Positions 26,607-37,589 of a stretch of DNA of 64,000 bases are shown here, piece after piece. The position numbers and the translations under genes were made by a program. The notes under the pieces were generated by a model that saw only the letters and a list, made by a program, of their open reading frames with translations, searched no databases and was not told where the DNA came from. The stretch is taken from IMG/VR virus record IMGVR_UViG_3300042384_000211, positions 64,001 through 128,000 of that record; one strand, given 5' to 3'. Origin of the DNA: a virus. Positions within the stretch are counted from its first letter, which is position 1. Every line of letters begins with the position of its first letter.

Positions 26607-27143
26607 TTATCTTTTCTCCGTAATGCCTGCTTGTTTGTACACATATTGTACTGCCTGTGCTTGACTTACTGCGTCTTCTAATGCATTGTGTAGGCCTGCT
26701 TTGTTCTTTTCACGTGGGTCACCTAGACTACTTAATAAGGTGCGACTGTCTCGAATCTGCCAAAACTGCCACGGACATGGTAAGCCCATCTGACGATATA
26801 GGTTCTCTAAAATAACAATGTCAAACACAGGACCCTGTGCCCAGATATTATCTGCCCCTACTATAAATCTATTTAATTCTTTTGAAAACTGTTCTAACGA
26901 GATACGATTACCTTCACCAAGTGCTTCTTCACGGACATCTTCTGCTTGATTACCCCACCAAGCAATAGTATTATCATCAACGTGACGCCCTAAGGTGATT
27001 TGCTCATCGATGTCAATACGGAAGTAGATACCGTCTACAATGTCATTTTGATTGTAAGGACTAAACTTGCAAGCACCAAATGTACAGATAGTAGCATCTG
27101 GGCGGGTTGACAAAGTTTCCAAATCGATCATTATATCGGACAT
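26607..27143 (-). CDS. DEDDh 3'-5' exonuclease (RNase AS/ExoVIII-like)
   Basis: MIDLETL, FDIVIL, RDSRT, HNALEDA. Confidence 0.88.
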   Translation of the reverse strand: MSDIMIDLETLSTRPDATICTFGACKFSPYNQNDIVDGIYFRIDIDEQITLGRHVDDNTIAWWGNQAEDVREEALGEGNRISLEQFSKELNRFIVGADNIWAQGPVFDIVILENLYRQMGLPCPWQFWQIRDSRTLLSSLGDPREKNKAGLHNALEDAVSQAQAVQYVYKQAGITEKR

Positions 27144-27622
27144 TATTTGTCACCTTTCAATAATTTTACAGTTTCAGCATGTGCTACACGTTTACGCAAA
27201 CTTGAACTAGAGAAACTGTGATCGCGACCATTAAACACTAGTTCAATGCCACGCACAAAACATTCTGCTTTTCCGGTAAACTCACTGTGCTCATATTCTA
27301 CACCTAGGATACGTACATCTAACGGCAATATTAATAACAGGTCAATTAGGTCTTGTTCTGTTTGATAGATTGCAACTTCATCTACATAACGACACGCGGC
27401 TAATTGGATCTGACGTTCAACAATACTTTGAATAGGTTTATTCTTAGTATCAGGACGGTCGATAGTTGGATCTGTTTGTAGGCCACAAATTAGGTAATCG
27501 CAGTGATTTTTAGCTTCACTTAGCATGGCTATATGCCCGGCGTGCAACATGTCAAAGGTACTAAAGGTTATGCCAATTTTTTTACCATCGGCTTTGAGTT
27601 CTTTGATTTTGTTAAAGATCAT
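27143..27622 (-). CDS. Glycerol-3-phosphate cytidylyltransferase-like
   Basis: TFDMLHAGH, CRYVDEV, HSFSSSSLR. Confidence 0.88.
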   Translation of the reverse strand: MIFNKIKELKADGKKIGITFSTFDMLHAGHIAMLSEAKNHCDYLICGLQTDPTIDRPDTKNKPIQSIVERQIQLAACRYVDEVAIYQTEQDLIDLLLILPLDVRILGVEYEHSEFTGKAECFVRGIELVFNGRDHSFSSSSLRKRVAHAETVKLLKGDK

Positions 27623-27924
27623 GCATCTGGCTCTAGTTTAATCACCAAAGGAAATCCATTAGTGCGAGCTAACTGTGTAACTTCTACACCTTTTTGTTCT
27701 GCCATTTCGTAGGGCAAAACTGCTACTGCGGCTGACCCTTCATCATGAATCTTTTTAGTTATTTCTGAAGCTGTGTCGGCAGAATGATTGAACACTACCA
27801 TAAGGCTTTCAATAACAAATTCCATAGTAGTTACATTATCGTTGAGATACAGCACTTTGAACATAGGAGGTTCTTTCACACCCATATTTACCTGTGGCTT
27901 TACTCTGGTTACGGCTTTGCCCAT
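27619..27924 (-). CDS. clpS: Clp protease adaptor ClpS
   Basis: PPMFKVLYLNDNVTTMEFVI, IHDEGSA, AEQK, GFPL. Confidence 0.92.
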   Translation of the reverse strand: MGKAVTRVKPQVNMGVKEPPMFKVLYLNDNVTTMEFVIESLMVVFNHSADTASEITKKIHDEGSAAVAVLPYEMAEQKGVEVTQLARTNGFPLVIKLEPDA

Positions 27925-27953
27925 ATATGCTTCTCTCTATTTGTGTTGATAAT

Positions 27954-27972
27954 AGGTGGAGTTTCCTCCACC
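27954..27972. terminator. Hairpin/terminator after hsp20
   Basis: GGTGGAG-TTTC-CTCCACC; weak U tract. Confidence 0.5.
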
Positions 27973-27987
27973 CTTATAGTTATTATA

Positions 27988-28452
27988 CTATTTTTCGAAT
28001 GAAATTGCAACCTTTTGTCTAACTGGCTCAGGTATAAATTGAACCAATTTAACTGTTAGGATGCCATTTTTAACGTGCGCTGAGTTGACTTCTACTCCTT
28101 CAGCAAGTTTGATACGTTTGACAAAATCACGAGCAGCGATACCACGATGAATGTACTCTACTGGATTTTCGCGTAATTCTTCAAATGCCTCTTCTAAGCT
28201 AACTTCACGGTTAGTGCCACGGATAACTAATTCACCGTTTTCGATTTCTACATCTAATTCGTCTTCAGCAAAACCAGCTACTGCTAGTTCAATAGCGTAG
28301 TTATTTTCGTTTAGTTTAATTAGATTAAACGGTGGGTAGCCACTGTCCTTACCACGTTGCTCTAAGTGTTGCAGTTGTGCAAACAAATCATCAAAGCCAA
28401 TAGCAAATTTATAGATGCTAGGGATATCAAGGGTTGTGTAAACTTGTTTCAT
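27988..28452 (-). CDS. Small heat-shock protein Hsp20 (IbpA-like)
   Basis: IGFD, YPPFNL, IELAVAGF, YIHRGIAARDF, NGILTV. Confidence 0.93.
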   Translation of the reverse strand: MKQVYTTLDIPSIYKFAIGFDDLFAQLQHLEQRGKDSGYPPFNLIKLNENNYAIELAVAGFAEDELDVEIENGELVIRGTNREVSLEEAFEELRENPVEYIHRGIAARDFVKRIKLAEGVEVNSAHVKNGILTVKLVQFIPEPVRQKVAISFEK

Positions 28453-30371
28453 TATTTACTCTCCTTGTTAACTTCTGTGAATTCAGCATCCACAACACCA
28501 TCTTGCGCATCCGTTGGTGTCTGCTGACCCGGCTCAACTGTTGCTGACTCTTGTGCTTGTTTAGCTTGGTAGATTGGTGCTACTGGTTCTGCTAATTTTA
28601 CCATTGCTGATTTAATTGCTTCTGCATCATCACCTTTAATGGCTTCTTCTACAGCGGCAATAGCATCATTGATTGCAGTATGTTGTTCAGCAGTTACCGA
28701 GTCACCAGCTTCTTCTACAGTTTTCTTAACATCGTGAACCTGTGCTTCAGCTTGGTTACGTGCATCAACTAATTCACGCAATTTTTTATCTGCATCGGCA
28801 TTAACTTCTGCATCCTGTACCATTGCATCAATTTCTTCTTCAGTTAAACCTGAGTTAGCTTTGATAGTAATCTTGTTTTCTTTGCCAGTTGCTTTATCTT
28901 TAGCACTTACTTTTAAGATACCATTAGCATCAATGTCAAGAGTAATTTCAATTTGTGGTTGACCACGACGTTGCGGTTCGATACCTTCTAAGTTGAACTG
29001 GCCAAGTACTTTATTGTCTTTGACAAACTCACGCTCACCTTGTGCTACCATAACAGTAACAGCTGGTTGATTGTCCTCTGCTGTAGAGAATGTTTGGCTT
29101 GCTTTGGTAGGAATGGTTGTATTTTTCTTAATCAGCTTGGTCATAATACCACCCATTGTTTCAATACCCAATGATAGTGGAGTTACGTCTAGTAACAATA
29201 CATCAGTTTTATCGCCGCCTAGTACAGCACCTTGAATAGCCGCACCGACTGCTACAGCTTCATCTGGGTTAACGTCTTTACGTGGAGCCTTACCAAAGAA
29301 TGCTTCAACAGCTTCTTGTACTTTAGGCATACGTGTTTGACCACCGACTAAGATAACATCGTCAATGTCACTAATGCTAATACCAGAGTCTTTAACAGCA
29401 ATCTTACATGGATCAATTGAACGTTTGATTAAATCTTCAACTAGACCTTCAAACTTGCTACGTGTTAGTTTAACTGATAAGTGTTTAGGACCAGTAGCAT
29501 CAGCAGTAATGTATGGTAAGTTTACATCTGTCTGTGTTGAACTTGACAATTCAATCTTAGCCTTCTCAGCTGATTCTTTAAGACGTTGTAAGGCCAGCAT
29601 GTCTTGTTTTAAGTCAATGCCAGATTCTTTCTTAAACTCGTCTACCAAGTATTCCATAATACGTTGGTCAAAGTCTTCACCGCCTAAGAATGTATCACCA
29701 TTAGTTGACAATACTTCAAATTGTTTTTCACCGTCGATGTCACTGATTTCAATAATACTAATATCAAATGTACCACCACCTAGGTCATACACAGCAATCT
29801 TACGGTCTTTTTTATCACCTTTATCGCAACCAAATGCTAGTGCAGCCGCAGTTGGTTCGTTGATAATACGCAATACTTCTAAGCCTGCAATACGACCTGC
29901 ATCTTTAGTTGCTTGACGTTGGCTGTCATTGAAGTAAGCAGGTACTGTAATAACTGCCTGCGTTACACTGTAACCCAAATAGTCTTCTGCTGTTAATTTC
30001 ATTTTGCGCAGAACTTCTGCTGAAATTTGTGGAGGTGCTAGTTTGTCACCGTTGACTTCGACCCATGCATCACCATTTTCGTTTTTAACGATTTTGTATG
30101 GCATTAGGTCAATGTCTTTTTGTACTGCTGGCTCGTCAAACTTACGACCAATTAGTCGTTTGCTGGCGTAGATTGTGTTTTTTGGATTAGTAACTGCTTG
30201 GCGTTTAGCACTAGCCCCCACAATGATTTCATCGCCGTAGGCAACGATACTTGGTGTAGTACGAGCACCTTCGTTATTTTCAATTACACGTGATTTATTG
30301 TTTTCAAGAATTGCGACGCAACTATTTGTAGTTCCAAGGTCTATGCCCAGAACAGGTGATTTTCTTGTCAT
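28452..30371 (-). CDS. dnaK: Chaperone DnaK (Hsp70)
   Basis: [46 protein letters not shown]; start reassigned to MTRKSP behind AAGGAG. Confidence 0.97.
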   Translation of the reverse strand: MTRKSPVLGIDLGTTNSCVAILENNKSRVIENNEGARTTPSIVAYGDEIIVGASAKRQAVTNPKNTIYASKRLIGRKFDEPAVQKDIDLMPYKIVKNENGDAWVEVNGDKLAPPQISAEVLRKMKLTAEDYLGYSVTQAVITVPAYFNDSQRQATKDAGRIAGLEVLRIINEPTAAALAFGCDKGDKKDRKIAVYDLGGGTFDISIIEISDIDGEKQFEVLSTNGDTFLGGEDFDQRIMEYLVDEFKKESGIDLKQDMLALQRLKESAEKAKIELSSSTQTDVNLPYITADATGPKHLSVKLTRSKFEGLVEDLIKRSIDPCKIAVKDSGISISDIDDVILVGGQTRMPKVQEAVEAFFGKAPRKDVNPDEAVAVGAAIQGAVLGGDKTDVLLLDVTPLSLGIETMGGIMTKLIKKNTTIPTKASQTFSTAEDNQPAVTVMVAQGEREFVKDNKVLGQFNLEGIEPQRRGQPQIEITLDIDANGILKVSAKDKATGKENKITIKANSGLTEEEIDAMVQDAEVNADADKKLRELVDARNQAEAQVHDVKKTVEEAGDSVTAEQHTAINDAIAAVEEAIKGDDAEAIKSAMVKLAEPVAPIYQAKQAQESATVEPGQQTPTDAQDGVVDAEFTEVNKESK

Positions 30372-30436
30372 ATATTTCTCCTTTAAGTTAAGCAAGAATA
30401 AATTAATTACGAACCCTATTATAGGCATTCGTATTA
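30372..30436 (-). promoter_or_regulatory. ROSE-like RNA thermometer leader
   Basis: 5' hairpin UACGAAUGCCUAUAAUAGGGUUCGUA, then UUCUUGCUU-aacuua-AAGGAGAA pairing the SD with a bulged G. Confidence 0.65.
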
Positions 30437-30464
30437 CTATTTATCATTAAAGTATAACACTTCT

Positions 30465-31214
30465 TTATTTTTTTGTCAACAATTTTTGCCACTTTTCTCT
30501 ATTATAATTAGTTTTACCGTGGCAGGCTTTACATAACGGAATAAGATTTTCTAATAGATTATTTGTTTTATTGTAATCTATATGATGTATATCTAATTCT
30601 TCTGTTACAGTATTACATAGTTGACAAGTCAGATTATGTGCTTCTTTAATTTTATATTTTAATTCTTTATTAAATTCTAAACCGTATTCGCCATTGGATA
30701 TTCCGCCCAGCCAATTTGGATGATTTTCTTTCTTGGGTGTATTTTGTGTTTGCTTTTCTTTTTGCTCAGGTGTATATGCCCATTTGCCTTGTTTGGTTTC
30801 TCTGAGATGTTGTTTGGTTTCTTCGGAATGAGTGTGTCCGAAAAATCCATTATTTTCGCCAAGCCTGGCTTGGGGATTTTCTGCCAGATATTGCGTTAAA
30901 CTTTTACTAATTTTTTCAGCAACACCCGGAAAAGTCGAAGGATTATTAGTAGATGATAACTCACTCATCTTTTTCCTAAATTCAGCAGCAAATTCTTCAC
31001 CTACTCGTTGTTCCCACGAGATTGATTTTTGCCAATATTTGTGACATTCACGAGAACAGGCGAGTTTTCGCCTGTCTGTTGTCACAGGAAGATTGTAATC
31101 TTCACTGTTTTTATCGCCTATCATTCTTATTGGGAAGTGATTATTACATTGGGGATTAATACATTTTTTATTTTGAATGTATGTATATTTTCTATCGAAG
31201 TTAAACTTAGCCAT
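30465..31214 (-). CDS. HNH homing endonuclease (Zn finger + NUMOD3 + HNH)
   Basis: GHTHSEETKQHL, HPNWLGG, CQLC...IHHIDYNKTNN..NLIPLCKACH. Confidence 0.88.
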   Translation of the reverse strand: MAKFNFDRKYTYIQNKKCINPQCNNHFPIRMIGDKNSEDYNLPVTTDRRKLACSRECHKYWQKSISWEQRVGEEFAAEFRKKMSELSSTNNPSTFPGVAEKISKSLTQYLAENPQARLGENNGFFGHTHSEETKQHLRETKQGKWAYTPEQKEKQTQNTPKKENHPNWLGGISNGEYGLEFNKELKYKIKEAHNLTCQLCNTVTEELDIHHIDYNKTNNLLENLIPLCKACHGKTNYNREKWQKLLTKK

Positions 31215-31269
31215 ATATTTTTCCTGGTGCTAAGTTTATTTATCAGTTCTAAGTCAATACCTATTATTC

Positions 31270-31506
31270 TTAATAAAGTTTTGCTGGTAAGTGTTGGCTA
31301 GATAGTTTCTTTTTCCAACGTTGTTTTGCAGCTGCTTTTTTGCGTTTTTTAGCCACAGTTGGTTTTTCATAAGATTCGCGATCACGCAATTCTTGTAACA
31401 ATCCAGAATCTTGAACTTTCTTTTTTAATTTACGAATAGCTTGCTCTACGTTGTCGTTTTTAACGTAAACAGTGCATCCATAGACTTGTGTATTATCGAG
31501 TGACAA
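31270..31506 (-). CDS. rpsU: Ribosomal protein bS21
   Basis: NVEQAIRKLKKKV..SGLLQELRDRESYEKPT...KKAAA. Confidence 0.88.
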   Translation of the reverse strand: MSLDNTQVYGCTVYVKNDNVEQAIRKLKKKVQDSGLLQELRDRESYEKPTVAKKRKKAAAKQRWKKKLSSQHLPAKLY

Positions 31507-31530
31507 ATTAAATTTCCTTAGGTAAAATAT

Positions 31531-31836
31531 TTATACTTCTTGTGGAGTTGCATCAAAATTTTGAAAATAATCTAATAAATTATTTACTTGTAGATTATTA
31601 GTGTCCTTAACCAATGTGCAGTCTAAATTATCATTAATATCATTTAACCAACTTGAATCATCTATATCTTGTTTGTACAAGTAAACATCATAATTTTTAG
31701 CACTAACTTTACAAAACATGCCTATGTTAATAACATCGTCAGTGTCTGCATCAATTATTAGGACTGTGTGACTATTTGGTGACTTTGGTTCAATGCTAGG
31801 GTGAGTTATAAATCTACTGTTTGTTTGGTGAGTCAT
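31531..31836 (-). CDS. Hypothetical protein
   Basis: ORF track, in operon orientation. Confidence 0.6.
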   Translation of the reverse strand: MTHQTNSRFITHPSIEPKSPNSHTVLIIDADTDDVINIGMFCKVSAKNYDVYLYKQDIDDSSWLNDINDNLDCTLVKDTNNLQVNNLLDYFQNFDATPQEV

Positions 31837-33394
31837 TTAGATACCTTTGAATTTGCTCTTGTTCTGTATCGGTAAGTAATTCGATATCATACTCACCAAG
31901 GTCAATCTTTTCAATAAGATGTTTGATATATAGCTGATCATAGGCAAATTGATCAGTTTTTTCTTTGTCTACTTCTATCCACTTTTTATCGTTCCATTTA
32001 TACAGACGACTGGGCAAATAGTCCACACGCAGAAATATATCTCCGCGCTGGGGTGCATCCGGAAACGCTGTACCAAACCCTGCTTGTGCGGCCATGGGTT
32101 CTTGATCTGTAATACCAAAGTCCGGAATAGTTACTGCGTTAGTATTATATCCCGATACTATTGGCTCTGGATCATCTGCAGGAGGAGGCACAGGGCGAAT
32201 TGGTTGCGGGTCGTATTGGCTGTTATCGATAGCAGTTTGTGCCCACATTTCCTCACCTTCAAGTACAGGAATATCTAAAGGATCTTCAACAGAAGATTCT
32301 TCTTCAACTTCTTGTTTAGGTACAAAGCCGTCAGTTCCAGCAAACTTAAACCACGATACTGGACTTTTTAGGTATGCTTGTGTGCTAGCATAGTTGTCTG
32401 GTAAGAGATCTTCTTTAGCATCTAATTCTTTGGCTACTTCTTTACCGTGAGCAAAAAACTCTTCCGGTGTGTCAAACAAATGTTCGGACATTTCCATATT
32501 CTGGTCTACTCCCGATTGTTTTCTAATTTCTTCTATATCAGGAAAGTCTGGTTCATATGGTGGCCATGCTTCACTGGTAGGTTGCCAAACTTGTTGCCAC
32601 CCCTCACGTTGCTCTTTTTCTTTAGGTTTATTTTTATCTTCACGAGACCATTGAATAGTCTGCTCTGCGGCTAAGATTAAGATAAGTGCCAATGGATCAA
32701 ATACAAACACTAATAAGATAATTACCCAACGGACAGCACGTTCTAGTAAGTTCGCATCTGGGTTATCACCGTAGATAAGTGCGGCTATGTAACGGATAGG
32801 TCCGACTTCTGCTTCAATCTTACGATTTTGTGCGGCCAGAGGAGCACGTTCTGCTTGTAATGCTGATATATTCTTTTGTGCAGCTGTGATGTCTGCTTGT
32901 AGGCTTTTACGTTCTTTGGCTTGATTCTTGCGAATCTGCACAGCACGATTAGCACCTCGGTCGTCTGTGGTACGACCCAACATTTGGTCCACTTGTGCGG
33001 CCATTTGTTGTAGGGCTCGTTTGTTTACGCTGATATTATCCTGTTCTGTTTTAATCTTTTCATCTAAGATCTGCACCTGAGCGGCACTATCGCCTACCGT
33101 AATGTTTTGATCCATGTGGGCTTTGCTCAAAAATCCGAAGATCCCCATTGAGGTAATCAGCATCAGCACTAAAATGGCAGGAACAAGATAAAGTTTAAAT
33201 TGTATGTTAGCACGATGCCAAAATTTGTGTAACCATACAGTAGCGGCAATTTTACCTACTTCTAGTACAGCACCCATAATGATAATAGGCACTACTGCCG
33301 CGGCAAAAATAGCTGTTAATCCAGCTATGGAATAGTATGCGGCCACGGCTGAAATGCTTAAAGCCACTGCTAAGATGAATAATCCAAATAACAT
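31814..33394 (-). CDS. Membrane protein with coiled coil and acidic tail (conserved phage family)
   Basis: ISAVAAYYSIAGL, TSMGIFGFLSKAH, EVGPIRYIA, FVFDPLA. Confidence 0.7.
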   Translation of the reverse strand: MLFGLFILAVALSISAVAAYYSIAGLTAIFAAAVVPIIIMGAVLEVGKIAATVWLHKFWHRANIQFKLYLVPAILVLMLITSMGIFGFLSKAHMDQNITVGDSAAQVQILDEKIKTEQDNISVNKRALQQMAAQVDQMLGRTTDDRGANRAVQIRKNQAKERKSLQADITAAQKNISALQAERAPLAAQNRKIEAEVGPIRYIAALIYGDNPDANLLERAVRWVIILLVFVFDPLALILILAAEQTIQWSREDKNKPKEKEQREGWQQVWQPTSEAWPPYEPDFPDIEEIRKQSGVDQNMEMSEHLFDTPEEFFAHGKEVAKELDAKEDLLPDNYASTQAYLKSPVSWFKFAGTDGFVPKQEVEEESSVEDPLDIPVLEGEEMWAQTAIDNSQYDPQPIRPVPPPADDPEPIVSGYNTNAVTIPDFGITDQEPMAAQAGFGTAFPDAPQRGDIFLRVDYLPSRLYKWNDKKWIEVDKEKTDQFAYDQLYIKHLIEKIDLGEYDIELLTDTEQEQIQRYLNDSPNKQ

Positions 33395-33461
33395 AGTTAA
33401 TTATTTATTGAGTTGTATCTGATAGTTTAACATGGTAGTTTATATTAGTCAAGAGTTTTGG

Positions 33462-36400
33462 TTAAACTCTAGTAACCATGACAATAGTTGATGGACTAGC
33501 AGGTACAGGTGGTACAGTGCCGGATCCAGTTTTGGCTGCAATACCCTGTAGTGATATATGGCTATCAAGACCGACCCACATCAATTGATAGTAGTCACCT
33601 GAGGTAATAGTGCCATCAATAAATGGACCCACCGCACAGATATAGCCGTTGACCGAGCCCTGTGCCGGTAGAGAAAAGTAACTGGCGCTTTGAGCAATAT
33701 CACTACCATTCTTACGCAACCATACTGCCACTTTGTTTGTTTTATTATCAGTGTTTTGAAATTGTAGGCTGTAGTCAAGTTTATAGCTACCGTTAGCTGA
33801 GAATGTGATACGGTTACCACTGGCAATAGTCACACCAAGGTTGCCATAGGTGTTGGCAATAGGCACAGTGTTAATGATGGCCAAGTTAGCATTTTGTGTG
33901 ACTGTGGTATTATCCCAGAAACTGCCAAAGTATCTAATATTACCCGTGCTACTGGCCTGTAGGTTAGCAATGTTGGCAGTGATAGCATTGATTTGATTTG
34001 ATTGTATGGTGTTAGCCGATGTCCAGTTATTAGTAACTGTAGATATTTGACTGTCAACATAGCCTTTCATCGCCACGTTGGCATTGGCAACATTACTGCT
34101 CCACGCATAGATAGCAAGGTTGGCAGGTGTAAATGTAAATGCTCCATTAGACAATGTTAAACTTTCAGTGCCCGGGCTAGCAGTTGTGACACTTAGGTAA
34201 CTATTGACATTGGCATTACTGTAAGCATAACTAGGAAGTTCTGTCAGGTATCTACCACTGGCTACAATATAGTTAGTGTAGACGTTGGCATTGAATATAC
34301 CGTGGCTAGTTGTACGAACATAGTTGGCTGTGACATTACCTGTGACATTTAAGTTTACTAAATTACCCACTGTGGTTAAACTACTGCCTATGACTGTGGA
34401 ATTCAAGTAAGTGCCTGTTAGTAGACTAGCGTTGGCACCGATCTCAATGTTAGTGACACCATCAAATAAGGTGCCATTAATAGTAGCACCTGGATTTAGA
34501 CGATCAGCATAGCTAGCACGATTGGCGTACAGGTTATTAACTTTGGTAGTGCTGGCAATAACTAAAGGTGCTGTACCAGTAGCAACAGTTGATATAATTT
34601 GAACGGATGTGGTTAAACTAGTATTACTAAATGTAGCTATAACATCATTGGCTGCTCCGCCACCGGCAATAAACTTAACAGTGCGCCCCGGAGTGTTGGT
34701 ACCAATGGTTAGGTTACCACCAGGTGCACTGGTGTTGCTGAGATTTCCTTGTATGTACAGGTAAGCATCATTCTTGTTAGTGCTGGTGCCTAGACTGTTA
34801 ATGGGATTAGTATTGTCAAAGTTACTGCCATTGATGCCCATGTCCACATAGAATTCTGTGTCGCTTCCATTGTTGCTAGTGGCGATGAAATCAGTGCTGG
34901 CAACAGTTCCAGGGCTTAGGTTTTGGTGGACAATCTGTGCGTAGCTGTTAATACTGTCAAATGCTTGTATACTAGCGTCAGGGAAATTGTAGCCTGTATA
35001 GAATCCGCCAAATCGTCCTGTGCCAGCAATATCAATATTACCAGTTATCCAGGCATCTGTGGTCATTATGTGTTCAGTTTGAAATCCAGTGGTTGCGTCT
35101 GTGTACCAGTAGTCGCCATGAACACCAGTAGTACTATAGAGTAAGCTGCGACGATAGCTTTCTAAGACATTGCCAAGAACAATGCCGCCGCCGTTGATTT
35201 CTGTGCTTGATGTTGAGTTGTTGGCTAGGTATAAAATCTTACCAAATACTGTAGCACTAGTATTATAAGTTAAATTACCCAAAACATTCATATTGTTTAC
35301 AGTAACGTTACTGAATGTTGGACTTGAGTTGGCAGCAATTTCTTGTGCTAGTTGTAAGCGTAGATTATTGCTGCCAGTGTCTGTAATGGTTAGGCTGTAG
35401 CTGTCACTGGCCAGAGTGTGTACATCCGAGGTATCTAAACTAACATTACCATAGTAACTACCCGGATTTTGGAATCCTACACCAGTGGTGATTTTATTTA
35501 CATTGTCACTGGGAACCCATGCTGTATCCTGGAATGAATCATCGGCAAATGTAATACCACCCAATCCAGTTCCACCTTGTGCGACACTAGGTATAACTAG
35601 ACCACCATGACTTAGCATTAATCCTTTATATTCTACTCCAGTCCCGCCTATTTTTTGACTGAATATTTCAATATGCCCTGCTTGAGAAGTAGCGTTGAAT
35701 GTTTCATCTGCAACGAACAACATTCTAGCACTTGATGTAGTAGGTAATCCTGTTGGGGTAGTAGCATTCGCATAGCCAGCAGCAGTTATAGTTAATATAT
35801 TATCACCTGCTTGCAAGACTGCTGGTGCGGCAATAGTGCCACGGAATCTACGACCAATAAGACTGACTGGTAAAGGAGCATAATCTCCAAAACTATCAAA
35901 TGTAAGCAATGGTGGAATATTATGTTTATTAGTGACGTGTACTAAACTACCACCTGCTATTTGTGGCACAGCGTAGGTCTCACTGTTGGTATCAGCAGTA
36001 ATACTCAATGCCGTTTTACCAATTGCGAGATCAGGTATACTAATAGTGGTCATACCATCACGGTTAACCCCAAATGATGGATTACCTGTCTCACCACTTA
36101 TTACTTGAATAGGTCTATTGAATACTATATTGCCTGTAGCAGTTGGTATACCAATGACAATATCTCTGGTAGGATCAGTAATTTTAATGGTATTATCGTG
36201 TAAAGTGAATTGACCAACAACTAATCCTGCTCCGCCAGCAATAACAAAGTCGCCATCAATTGCTGTCAATCGTAAATCAATGCCCAATGTTTCATCTTGT
36301 ACAAATATAGAGCCCGCACCCATCCATAGTCGTTTAAAACGTTTAGTTGGTGTGCCTAAGTCATATATGTCATTTTCTATCGGAGAAATTGTACCGTGAG

Positions 36401-37238
36401 TAATAACCCTGGCGTTTGCTCCAACCGATAATGAAATATCAGTACTAACTGCTGTGGCTATTGTCATACTAGCATTAACTATCGGACGGACTGTGTATAT
36501 GGTTTCACCGGGAGTTGGTAGAATCATCGGCACTGAAAAAGGAATGGTCTTATCGGTAATAATAATATTAGCATACATACCTACGCCAACATATAATATA
36601 TTGCTGTAGGCAGGTACATTAACTCCAGATATAACATCTTCAGATTCGAGCTGAGGAAGGGGATTGGTTGAAAATTGATACACGCACCATCCTGTGCCTG
36701 TTCCCGAAATACCATTTGGCAGACCATAATCACCCGCTGCTAAATTATCACTTTCGCTAGTGCTATAATCAACCACATAATCTAATATTAAGTTATCTAC
36801 GATAACTTCAATACTAGCAGATTGTTGAACTAAACTACCAACGGGCAATTTAAGATTTGGAACTGATACAAATCCACTACCTGCTGGTAGTAAAGTTATA
36901 TCACGATCCGCTATCTTGCCGCCAATGGTTTCATCTGTGATGTACAAATTGCCTAGGTTTAAATTACCAGTGATTGACGTTGTGTTTAGATAGTTAGCAA
37001 CATTAACATTACTATAAGGACCAATGTTATTAACTGTTAGGTAAGAAGCTACATTAGAGTTGCTGTAATTACCGCTGACTCCTTCACCGGCAATAATAAT
37101 ACCACCAGGCGTTGTGCCATCGCTGATTCTAATTGTTTGTGTAGTACTATCGTACCAAAGACGATCGGTTTCTCCGATACGAGTGGTACCATCATCTTGG
37201 TTGCGTCTACTTGTGAATAAATCTTGCGTGAAAGCCAC
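33462..37238 (-). CDS. Tail fibre / virion structural protein
   Basis: 1258 aa; IRISDGTTPGG, YSNSNVASYL repeats, YDLGTPTKRF, C1q/BclA-like C-terminus. Confidence 0.75.
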   Translation of the reverse strand: MAFTQDLFTSRRNQDDGTTRIGETDRLWYDSTTQTIRISDGTTPGGIIIAGEGVSGNYSNSNVASYLTVNNIGPYSNVNVANYLNTTSITGNLNLGNLYITDETIGGKIADRDITLLPAGSGFVSVPNLKLPVGSLVQQSASIEVIVDNLILDYVVDYSTSESDNLAAGDYGLPNGISGTGTGWCVYQFSTNPLPQLESEDVISGVNVPAYSNILYVGVGMYANIIITDKTIPFSVPMILPTPGETIYTVRPIVNASMTIATAVSTDISLSVGANARVITHGTISPIENDIYDLGTPTKRFKRLWMGAGSIFVQDETLGIDLRLTAIDGDFVIAGGAGLVVGQFTLHDNTIKITDPTRDIVIGIPTATGNIVFNRPIQVISGETGNPSFGVNRDGMTTISIPDLAIGKTALSITADTNSETYAVPQIAGGSLVHVTNKHNIPPLLTFDSFGDYAPLPVSLIGRRFRGTIAAPAVLQAGDNILTITAAGYANATTPTGLPTTSSARMLFVADETFNATSQAGHIEIFSQKIGGTGVEYKGLMLSHGGLVIPSVAQGGTGLGGITFADDSFQDTAWVPSDNVNKITTGVGFQNPGSYYGNVSLDTSDVHTLASDSYSLTITDTGSNNLRLQLAQEIAANSSPTFSNVTVNNMNVLGNLTYNTSATVFGKILYLANNSTSSTEINGGGIVLGNVLESYRRSLLYSTTGVHGDYWYTDATTGFQTEHIMTTDAWITGNIDIAGTGRFGGFYTGYNFPDASIQAFDSINSYAQIVHQNLSPGTVASTDFIATSNNGSDTEFYVDMGINGSNFDNTNPINSLGTSTNKNDAYLYIQGNLSNTSAPGGNLTIGTNTPGRTVKFIAGGGAANDVIATFSNTSLTTSVQIISTVATGTAPLVIASTTKVNNLYANRASYADRLNPGATINGTLFDGVTNIEIGANASLLTGTYLNSTVIGSSLTTVGNLVNLNVTGNVTANYVRTTSHGIFNANVYTNYIVASGRYLTELPSYAYSNANVNSYLSVTTASPGTESLTLSNGAFTFTPANLAIYAWSSNVANANVAMKGYVDSQISTVTNNWTSANTIQSNQINAITANIANLQASSTGNIRYFGSFWDNTTVTQNANLAIINTVPIANTYGNLGVTIASGNRITFSANGSYKLDYSLQFQNTDNKTNKVAVWLRKNGSDIAQSASYFSLPAQGSVNGYICAVGPFIDGTITSGDYYQLMWVGLDSHISLQGIAAKTGSGTVPPVPASPSTIVMVTRV

Positions 37239-37249
37239 GGAATTTCTCC

Positions 37250-37576
37250 TTAGCCTTCTAGTGGCTCATCTTCGTCTGCTGCAATCGCAGTCGACAACCC
37301 TGCGTTTTGTTTGATTATATCAAGTTCATCTGGTTCCTCATCGTCGACAGGAGCATAAACTGAATCTACTCCGTGTGCTTTTTTAGCCAACTCAATTTTT
37401 TGTTGTAGTGGCGGAACCATAACTCCCAATTCATTATCAGCCACAGGAGTTTCTGTAGATTGGTCTTGTGCAGTATCACCATTATTGATGTTTACTACCA
37501 CTGGTTGCTGTTGAGCTTCATGCTCTTCTGCATCTAATAAATTAAGTATATTGCGTAATATTTCTGCTGTTTTCAT
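37250..37576 (-). CDS. Acidic hypothetical late protein
   Basis: MVPPLQQKIEL.KK motif; TAAATA upstream. Confidence 0.65.
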   Translation of the reverse strand: MKTAEILRNILNLLDAEEHEAQQQPVVVNINNGDTAQDQSTETPVADNELGVMVPPLQQKIELAKKAHGVDSVYAPVDDEEPDELDIIKQNAGLSTAIAADEDEPLEG

Positions 37577-37589
37577 AATATGTATTTAT

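Noticed and set aside
12313-31506. Bacterial chromosome or host-contaminated segment
   Set aside because: The host-like genes are interleaved with homing endonucleases and TAAATA motifs, share the phage's composition, and lack their usual operon partners.
33462-37238. Diversity-generating retroelement acting on the tail fibre
   Set aside because: No reverse transcriptase and no TR/VR repeat pair seen in the window.
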